64,000 bases of DNA from an uncultured delta proteobacterium (GTDB lineage: Bacteria; Myxococcota_A; Polyangia; Fen-1088). The stretch is from the NCBI GenBank assembly GCA_963796685.1, contig CAWCMR010000005.1, positions 320,001 through 384,000 on the forward strand. Direction: 5' to 3'. Both the position numbers and the translations under genes were made by a program. Shown here piece after piece: positions 51,643 to 60,005 of this stretch (the stretch's first letter is position 1; every line of letters begins with the position of its first letter). The notes beneath the pieces were generated by a model. The model had not been told where the DNA came from. It made no database searches and worked only from the letters and a program-made list of their open reading frames with translations.

Positions 51643-52960
51643 GTGGGACCCGCTCGATCAGCCGTCGGCAACCGATCCGGTCGAGCGAAAGACGTGGGCC
51701 GCCTTGAGTATCCAAGTGGACGGTCGGTTTGCCAGCAGGCTGTGGGACCGTCAAGCCGCCGCCGAACGCCAGAACCTTTATGTCCCGGCTTTTCCGATTG
51801 CCCAGTGGCTCATCGCCAACTGGTGGCAACTGCTCTTCGAGCCGGGCATCGCCGAGGATGTTCCACCCGCCGGCACCACTGCGCCCGCACACCGGGACTG
51901 GCTGGAACGGCATTGCCTTCGCGCGGCCGACGCCGGCTTGCTGCTGCCCAGGTTGTGCCTATTTAGCAGCGGTCGTGGCGTCTGCGCACAATGGACCGCC
52001 GACGAGCCCGATGCCTACCCACAAATGCCGGGCATCTTTGTAAGTAGCGATGGGATGAATCTCGATGCGGCCGAGGCCGAGCGCGGTTTGCGGGAATTCG
52101 TTACCGAAGTGCTCTCGCGGGTCGCGGATATGCCGGACCCGCGGGTTGTGCACGTTCGGGCGAACTGGGAAGCCATCTCGCGCGCGAACCCCGATGAACG
52201 ATCCTTCTGTCAAGCGGCCGGCAGGATGGGTCTGGACCCTTATGCATCGGAGCACTGGCCGCCAGGCTTGGTCGATTTCCTCGAAACCGGTCTTGGGGAC
52301 GATCAGGATACGCCGTTGGTGCAAGACTTTCTCGAGGCCGCCAGCGCCGAAACGGCCGTGGCCGAGTGGCAGTGGACGGCGCGTGTCGAGAAGAGCCTCT
52401 CACTCCGCGCGACACCCACGGACGTGTCGAGAAGGTTGGGCCGCCCGGACCTGTACCGTCCAGCGAAGACCGGATGCGCGACAGCTCGCAGCGTACGCGA
52501 GAAAATCGACCTCGCCCCGGTCGAGGCTGTCGAAAATCTGACCGACGTGTCCCGTGCCTTGATGCTCGGAGCTCTTGAGTTTCAAGAGGTCAATCACCTG
52601 CCAAGCCGGCGCGTGCAGGCGGTCGTGGGTTGGAAATCCGATCATACTCCGGTGGTGGCCGGCCCCATCCCGAGTAGAGATGCAAATCGACGCTTTCTAG
52701 AGGCCCGCGCTTTGTACCACGCGATATTCGCCTGCGATCGCGGCCCACGGCTTGCTACGAACGCCCACACGTGGGATCAGCAGGCATCGCGCGCCTTCGC
52801 TGCCGAATTGCTGGCACCGCAGGCGGTCCTTGTCGATGAGACAACCCACTATTCGGGAGACCGAGACTCCCTTGTCAGGACGCTGGCGAGCCGCTATCGA
52901 GTAAGCACCCAGGTCATTGGCTACCAACTCGAAAACGCCGGTGTCGGCGGCATGGACTGA
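51620..52960 (+). CDS. 446-aa protein with unknown N-terminal domain and degenerate ImmA/IrrE (M78)-like C-terminus
   Basis: RRFLEARALYH in place of RFTLAHELGH; QQASRAFAAELLAP; LASRYRVSTQV. Confidence 0.72.
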   Translation: MSRSLSIKWDPLDQPSATDPVERKTWAALSIQVDGRFASRLWDRQAAAERQNLYVPAFPIAQWLIANWWQLLFEPGIAEDVPPAGTTAPAHRDWLERHCLRAADAGLLLPRLCLFSSGRGVCAQWTADEPDAYPQMPGIFVSSDGMNLDAAEAERGLREFVTEVLSRVADMPDPRVVHVRANWEAISRANPDERSFCQAAGRMGLDPYASEHWPPGLVDFLETGLGDDQDTPLVQDFLEAASAETAVAEWQWTARVEKSLSLRATPTDVSRRLGRPDLYRPAKTGCATARSVREKIDLAPVEAVENLTDVSRALMLGALEFQEVNHLPSRRVQAVVGWKSDHTPVVAGPIPSRDANRRFLEARALYHAIFACDRGPRLATNAHTWDQQASRAFAAELLAPQAVLVDETTHYSGDRDSLVRTLASRYRVSTQVIGYQLENAGVGGMD

Positions 52961-53022
52961 GCGCTCGGTGGCTGCCTCGCCGCCCCATCGCCAAGGCTCG
53001 GTGTGTCTAGAAGGCACGTGTC

Positions 53023-53421
53023 TCACCCCATCCAGTCCTCCACCTTCAACCCGGGCACGCGGGCGAATTCGCCGACGTTGCTGGTGACCACGATCCGGCG
53101 GCTCGCCTGCGCGATCGCCGCGATCATCAGGTCGCGATCCCCGATGGGACGGCCTTTCGCGGTCAGGTGGGCGCGGATGCTGGCGTAGCAGTCCGCGGCG
53201 GCCGCGTCGAAATCGAGCACGCGGAACGGGGCAAGAAATGCGTCCTGGTCCGTGCGCGTCCGTCTAGGCTGGTGGCTCTTGGCGGCACCGAACCACATCT
53301 CGGCCAAGGTGATGGCAGCAACCGCAATGGCCGAGGGGCCGACCTCGCGCGCGCGCGCCGTCAGAGGTTCGTGCAACTTCATCAGATGGATGCAGGCGTT
53401 CGTGTCGAACAGGTAGCTCAC
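53023..53421 (-). CDS. vapC: VapC PIN toxin
   Basis: [44 protein letters not shown]. Confidence 0.93.
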   Translation of the reverse strand: MSYLFDTNACIHLMKLHEPLTARAREVGPSAIAVAAITLAEMWFGAAKSHQPRRTRTDQDAFLAPFRVLDFDAAAADCYASIRAHLTAKGRPIGDRDLMIAAIAQASRRIVVTSNVGEFARVPGLKVEDWMG

Positions 53422-53666
53422 GGCGAATCCAGATCGACATCCTGCAGCTGGACATTCATCGGCTCGATCTTCGCGGCATGGCGCATCTCGCGCAGGCGCT
53501 CCCAGTATCCGCGCGGCCACGCCTTGCCGTGCAGCGGCTCCAGGACAACCGCATCACCCTCGCGACGGATGCGAACCTCGTCGCCGGAAAATCGGTATTC
53601 CTTCGGCAGGCGGACCGCCTGCGACCTTCCGTTGCGGAATAGTTTTGCCGTAGCTGTCGATGCCAT
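53418..53666 (-). CDS. vapB: VapB (AbrB/MazE-type) antitoxin
   Basis: [20 protein letters not shown]. Confidence 0.93.
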   Translation of the reverse strand: MASTATAKLFRNGRSQAVRLPKEYRFSGDEVRIRREGDAVVLEPLHGKAWPRGYWERLREMRHAAKIEPMNVQLQDVDLDSP

Positions 53667-53783
53667 GGTTCTTCCTCTAGCGGTAGATACCAGTATATAC
53701 CATGTTCCCTCGACCTAGCGCAACCTCACCCAAGCCCCACGACCTGCGTTACAATGCCGTTCACCTAGTCGAAAGGATCCTCC

Positions 53784-54941
53784 ATGCTGACCCTGCCCGC
53801 GCTCAAGATTCAGCAGTTTGCCAAGGAATTCTACCTTCTCAACCTTTCTGCCGGCGATGTGGAACGCCTGGTGCGCTTCGAGGTGCTGGGCGAGGCGGGG
53901 GCCGCGGGCGTCGAGGGCAAGAAGGCGCGCAAGCCGAAGGCCAGCGGCGTGAACTGGGGCGAGCTCGAGAAGAAGGTCGGCACCAGCGACAAGGCGTTCC
54001 AGCGGCCCATCATCCGCAAAAAGATCGACGAGCTGGCGCAGTACTATACGAGCTGCCGCGAGAGCGATGCCCTGCCCGCCATCCCCGGCTCGGTCATCCT
54101 GACCACCGACGAGAAGGTGTCGTTCACGGCCGCGGGCGCGAATCCTTTCCTGGGGTTGCTCCAGATCTCCGAGGAGGAGGGCACCTTGCGCGCGCTCGAC
54201 GGCCAGCACCGCCTGCTGGCCCTGGCCGCGCTGCTGCACGATCCGGCCACCAGCGATGAGGATCGTGCGGCGGCGCGCCGGCTGCAGGTGCCGGCCATTC
54301 TGTTCAGCGGCCTCAGCGACGACCAAACCGTCGAGATGTTCGTCACCATCAACGCCAAGCACACGCGCCTCAACGCCTCCCTGCTGGTCAGCCTCAGCGG
54401 GCGCCAGCTTTACGGCGACGCGCGCATGGGCAAGGTCCACGACGCCATCCGTGCGCTCAACAACCAGGCGTCGAGCCCGCTGGCGGGCCAGATCAAGTTG
54501 CTCGGCGTTGGCCCGGGGCGCGTGCAACAGGCGGGGCTGGCGCAAGAGATGAAACAGATGTTCGACGATTGGGAGCGCAAGGATCCGGCGCTGGTCGCTC
54601 GGTTCGAGGTCGAGGCCAAGGAGTTCTTCCTGGCCTACTTCAAGGAGATCGCGCGTGTGTTCGCCCAGGCCTGGGACGGCAAGAAGTATTCGATCAAGAG
54701 CACGATGGCCCTGCGGGCCTTCATCCAGGTGACGCCGGAGGTTCTCGGCCGCGCCCTCACGGCAGGGGGAGCCTCGCGCGCCGATGCCTTGCGGACCGTG
54801 CTCGCCCCCTGGGCCGAGCGCGTGGGCAGCCCGCGCTTCGAGACCGCCGGCGCCTGGCGAGCCAAGGTCGCGGGCGGCGGCAAGGAAACCACGCGCCTGC
54901 TCGCGCGTGAGCTGGTGGCCGCGCTGGGAGGTGCCGCGTGA
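53784..54941 (+). CDS. DGQHR-domain (DndB/ParB-like) protein
   Basis: FQRP, LDGQHRLLAL, EMFVTINAK...LN.SL. Confidence 0.88.
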   Translation: MLTLPALKIQQFAKEFYLLNLSAGDVERLVRFEVLGEAGAAGVEGKKARKPKASGVNWGELEKKVGTSDKAFQRPIIRKKIDELAQYYTSCRESDALPAIPGSVILTTDEKVSFTAAGANPFLGLLQISEEEGTLRALDGQHRLLALAALLHDPATSDEDRAAARRLQVPAILFSGLSDDQTVEMFVTINAKHTRLNASLLVSLSGRQLYGDARMGKVHDAIRALNNQASSPLAGQIKLLGVGPGRVQQAGLAQEMKQMFDDWERKDPALVARFEVEAKEFFLAYFKEIARVFAQAWDGKKYSIKSTMALRAFIQVTPEVLGRALTAGGASRADALRTVLAPWAERVGSPRFETAGAWRAKVAGGGKETTRLLARELVAALGGAA

Positions 54942-55414
54942 GCCCCCAAGCCAGCCTCGAGGTCGAGCTGCAGAGCATCGTGCGCGAGAATGAAGGCGAC
55001 TTGCTGGCCTTCGCGCGCAAGATCTACGAGCACGGCTACCGCCAGGGTCTCGCGTCGCGCACGCAGGGCCAGCCCGAGAACGTCGTTTCCGTTCCCGAGC
55101 CAACTGCGCCTCAGCCTGTTGCCGAGCAGGGACCGCTGTTTCCGACGCGCTCGAGGGTCGCGGTTGCATCCGCCCCAGACGAAGAAGTCGGAGAGCCCGA
55201 CGAAGGCGACGCCCCGATCGAAGAGGAGGCCTACACCTGCGACCACCGCGTGCGCGGCAGCATCACCGCGGCCGGCTTGCAAAGGAAGATCGAACGCCTC
55301 TTCGATCTCTCCCGTTTCGCCATCGACATCGTCATCTGCCGGCGTGGCGATGCCGAACGCCGACGTCTCAAGAGCACGGTGAAGCTGAAGAACTATCTGC
55401 TGGAAGGCGAGTAG
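54938..55414 (+). CDS. Hypothetical protein coupled to the DGQHR gene
   Basis: GTGA overlap; helical N-terminus, acidic/Pro linker, compact basic C-terminal domain. Confidence 0.7.
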   Translation: MSPQASLEVELQSIVRENEGDLLAFARKIYEHGYRQGLASRTQGQPENVVSVPEPTAPQPVAEQGPLFPTRSRVAVASAPDEEVGEPDEGDAPIEEEAYTCDHRVRGSITAAGLQRKIERLFDLSRFAIDIVICRRGDAERRRLKSTVKLKNYLLEGE

Positions 55415-55438
55415 GCTTGGCCCGGGAGCGGCACGACC

Positions 55439-55834
55439 TCACCCGCCCGCGTCCATCATCTCGACGAGCTGACGCGGGGAAAGAATGCGGATCCCTCGGT
55501 ACTCGCCCAAGACGAGCAAGTCCGCGTCGCCGGTCAGGATGACGTCGGCTTGCCCCGCGATGGCGGCTGCCAGGACCTTGCCGTCGTCGCGATCGCGGCA
55601 AACCGGTAGAGCCTTGGGCCGCACCAGCGTCGCCCGCTCGCGATAGGCTTTCAGGAGTGGCACGTCGGCCGGGTCGGTGTCGAATTTGCGGCGCAGGGTT
55701 CGCGCCAACTCTTCCAGCAAAGCGGGCGACGTGATGAGAGCCACTCGCATCAGCCTGCGCTTGACCAGGTCGCGGCACAAGCCGTCGGCGACCATACCGG
55801 CGACCAGAACGTTGGTGTCGCAGACAACCTTCAC
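55439..55834 (-). CDS. PIN-family putative toxin
   Basis: VVCDTNVLVA, EL..TL, CRDRDD.KVL.AA, ILTGDADLL, ILSP. Confidence 0.9.
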   Translation of the reverse strand: MKVVCDTNVLVAGMVADGLCRDLVKRRLMRVALITSPALLEELARTLRRKFDTDPADVPLLKAYRERATLVRPKALPVCRDRDDGKVLAAAIAGQADVILTGDADLLVLGEYRGIRILSPRQLVEMMDAGG

Positions 55835-56049
55835 GACACGGCTTTGAACGCGTCTTCGTCGGTATAGATACCCTTGGCGCGCGCCTTGGGAATAAGCAGG
55901 CGGCGGGACTTGTCGAAGGCATCGGCCCAGATTTGCTGTTGCACGGCCCGGCGGACGAATTCGCTCTCCGTCATACCCTGTCCTTTGGCGGCTCGACTCA
56001 ACTCGCGCCGCAGCAGGGGAGGAAGGCTGATGGTCACCGTCGCTCTCAT
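55831..56049 (-). CDS. RHH/CopG antitoxin
   Basis: VTISLP...SEFVRRAV...ARAKGIYTDED; GTGA overlap. Confidence 0.85.
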   Translation of the reverse strand: MRATVTISLPPLLRRELSRAAKGQGMTESEFVRRAVQQQIWADAFDKSRRLLIPKARAKGIYTDEDAFKAVS

Positions 56050-56114
56050 GTAAGACAATTTATGACAGGCAAGGCTCCCTTTCAAGAAGTTGCTACGCAC
56101 GTGCATTCTCCGAT

Positions 56115-56237
56115 CCCCTCGCCCCGCGCAGCGGGGAGAGGGTTAGGGTGAGGGGCCAGCGCACTCTCTCGCATGGCCGAACCCCTCACCCGACGCGCTT
56201 CGCGCGTCGACCTCTCCCCGCTGCGCGGGGCGAGGTG
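56115..56237. repeat. Inverted pair of REP-like elements (BIME-like)
   Basis: CCCCTCGCCCCGCGCAGCGGGGAGAGGGTTAGGGTGAGGGG followed by an inverted copy of the 34656 element. Confidence 0.8.
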
Positions 56238-56311
56238 AATCTTCCAAGCACTCGCAAGCTCTCGATTCTGCACGGCATTCAACCCGTTCGGTGCTCTAGC
56301 GCGGCGCCCCC

Positions 56312-57634
56312 CTACCCCGCCGCCCCCGCTGCCGCCAACAGCGCGCTGACGGCGTAGTCGTAGTCGAGCTGGGTGCCGTCCCACAACGGTTCGTTCGAGT
56401 CCGGGCCGAGGTCGAGCCCGCGGTCGACGGCCCATTCCGCCAGCCAAGCGTGGGCGTCGTCGACGTGCTCGCGTGGTGGCTCTGCCGGCAAAGGCTTGCC
56501 GGTTGGCGAGGTGAACAGCAATTCGCCCGCGGCAGAACGCGTGACGGACCAGCCGCCCTCGTGGATCAGATGGTGGTGGGCGGTACACAGGGTCACCAGG
56601 TTGTCCACGCTGGTTTCGCCACCGTGCAACCAGTGCCGAATGTGATGGCCGTGCAGGAAGCGGGTGTGGGTGCAACCAGGAAAGCGGCAGCCGCGGTCGC
56701 GGAGCGCGAGCACACGACGAATGGCGGGCGGAATGGTGCGGGTGCGGCGACCGATGTTCAATGGCGGGGTGTCCGATTGTGCGCCGCTGGCGCCGACGGC
56801 GAGCAGGCCACAGTCGCAAGCCACCCTGCGCAGGGTTTCCGGCGAGATTCGCGTGCCGTCGTCGAGCGTGCCGGCCATGGAGCCGTCCGGCCCGAGAGCG
56901 TCCTGATCCAGGTGCACCACGACCTGGAAGCGTTCGCCTCCGGTTCCCGTCCCTCGATTGCCGGCAAGGAAGGACTCGGCGAGAGCGACCATGCCGTCTG
57001 CGCGCGATGGCCAAGACGCTCCCGCGGAAGCGTCTGCGTGTCTGCCATCACACTTTCGCGCTTCCGCGGAAGCGGCGTCTGGGGCAGAAGCCTCATTTCC
57101 ACCATGAACCTCTCGCGCCCGCTCGACTGCGCGCATAACCAGATCCGTCTCGTCGGGTGACAGGACGATCTCGAGCTTCACCATTCCGCCCGGCAGCTCC
57201 CGCTGGCGGACGGAACGCTCCTCGGGCGATGGGGAATCGTCGGAAGCTTGGGCGGTTCGGTACCCGCGACACAAGCGTTCGAGCTGCGCGCCGGTTGCGA
57301 ACAAGGCCACCTCCAGTAGGCGCGCTTCATTGTCGGGCGTGGCGGCGCGGGTCAGGGCCCGCACCTTGGCATAGGACACCTTGCCCGACCGCAACGCCTC
57401 ATCGATGGCGGGCAACTTGCCGAGCGCGCGCGCCACGCGCACTTTCTCGCGCGCGGTGGTCGAATCCAAGCCCACCCGCCAAGCGAGCCAGTGCGCACAG
57501 GACACGGCGCCCTGTTCGTACCACCCACCGGCTTCGTCGAACTGCCGGATGCACTCGAGCAACCTGTGCGTGGCCGCATCGACGTGCGCCGACAAGCTCG
57601 CTATCTCCTGACCCAATTCCTCGACGGAAGACAT
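56312..57634 (-). CDS. DUF222 / HNH endonuclease (13E12-repeat-like family)
   Basis: SCAHWL, RRVACD, GRRTR, RDRGCRFPGC, HHIRHW..GG.T..DNL..LC..HH...H. Confidence 0.9.
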   Translation of the reverse strand: MSSVEELGQEIASLSAHVDAATHRLLECIRQFDEAGGWYEQGAVSCAHWLAWRVGLDSTTAREKVRVARALGKLPAIDEALRSGKVSYAKVRALTRAATPDNEARLLEVALFATGAQLERLCRGYRTAQASDDSPSPEERSVRQRELPGGMVKLEIVLSPDETDLVMRAVERAREVHGGNEASAPDAASAEARKCDGRHADASAGASWPSRADGMVALAESFLAGNRGTGTGGERFQVVVHLDQDALGPDGSMAGTLDDGTRISPETLRRVACDCGLLAVGASGAQSDTPPLNIGRRTRTIPPAIRRVLALRDRGCRFPGCTHTRFLHGHHIRHWLHGGETSVDNLVTLCTAHHHLIHEGGWSVTRSAAGELLFTSPTGKPLPAEPPREHVDDAHAWLAEWAVDRGLDLGPDSNEPLWDGTQLDYDYAVSALLAAAGAAG

Positions 57635-57641
57635 GGGCGAA

Positions 57642-57658
57642 CTATACAAATGTTCAGT
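57642..57658. promoter_or_regulatory. LexA-box-like site overlapping a TATAGT -10 of the DUF222-HNH gene
   Basis: CTATACAAATGTTCAGT matches 14/17 positions of the Myxococcus LexA consensus CTRHAMRYBYGTTCAGS (consensus recalled from memory). Confidence 0.45.
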
Positions 57659-57723
57659 TACACGATCAAGTCACAATTCAACTGAATTCAATTGAGACCG
57701 ATTGCCGATTCATTGTCCTTGCC

Positions 57724-57749
57724 TGACAAACGGCCCCCGTATCCTGGTG
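57724..57749 (+). promoter_or_regulatory. Putative cas-operon promoter/operator motif, copy 2
   Basis: TGACAAA-N7-CGTA-N3-TGGTG just upstream of the AAGGAGG RBS of cas4/1. Confidence 0.6.
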
Positions 57750-57765
57750 GCAAGGAGGTATCTCC

Positions 57766-59469
<1,704 letters not shown>

Positions 59470-59473
59470 TATC

Positions 59474-59764
59474 ATGCGGAATGTGTACCTGGTGTGTTAC
59501 GACGTGTGCAACGACAAGAGGCTGAAGCGGGTCTACAAGGCCATGCGCGGGTACGGCGACCATCTGCAGCTCTCGGTGTTCCGCTGCGAGCTTTCCGCGC
59601 GCGAGCGCGCCGAAATGATCGCCGAGCTTTCGCCCCTCATCGCCCACGACGAGGACCAGGTGCTCATTATCGACATCGGCCCGGCAGACGGGCGCGCAAG
59701 CCTGGTCTTCGATGCCGTTGGCAAGCCGTACGTGGCACCAGAGCGCCACGCCATCATCGTGTGA
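59474..59764 (+). CDS. cas2: CRISPR-associated Cas2
   Basis: YLVCYDV, KRLKRV, YGDHLQLSVF.C.L, DQV. Confidence 0.95.
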   Translation: MRNVYLVCYDVCNDKRLKRVYKAMRGYGDHLQLSVFRCELSARERAEMIAELSPLIAHDEDQVLIIDIGPADGRASLVFDAVGKPYVAPERHAIIV

Positions 59765-60005
59765 GCCGTGCTCTCTGACAACCGCATAGCTCATTTGGTT
59801 TTCCACGATGCGAGCGGCGACGTGCTTCGTCGGCCTCCGTCGACGCTCGCAGTTCCGAAAGGGCCGAAACACCTAACACCTGCAACAGAAAGGAGACCGG
59901 CGCAAATCCGGCATGGGCTTTTCCGTCAGAATCCGTCGTGCTTTCACCACCCGCTCGCAACAGGCGCCCCAACCTCCTGTATCTCCATGCCAATCGGCAG
60001 GAGCC
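59765..60005 (+). promoter_or_regulatory. CRISPR leader
   Basis: Non-coding stretch between cas2 and repeat 1; TGCGAGCG/CGCTCGCA inverted pair (59809-59851) and a third CGCTCGCA at 59952. Confidence 0.75.
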
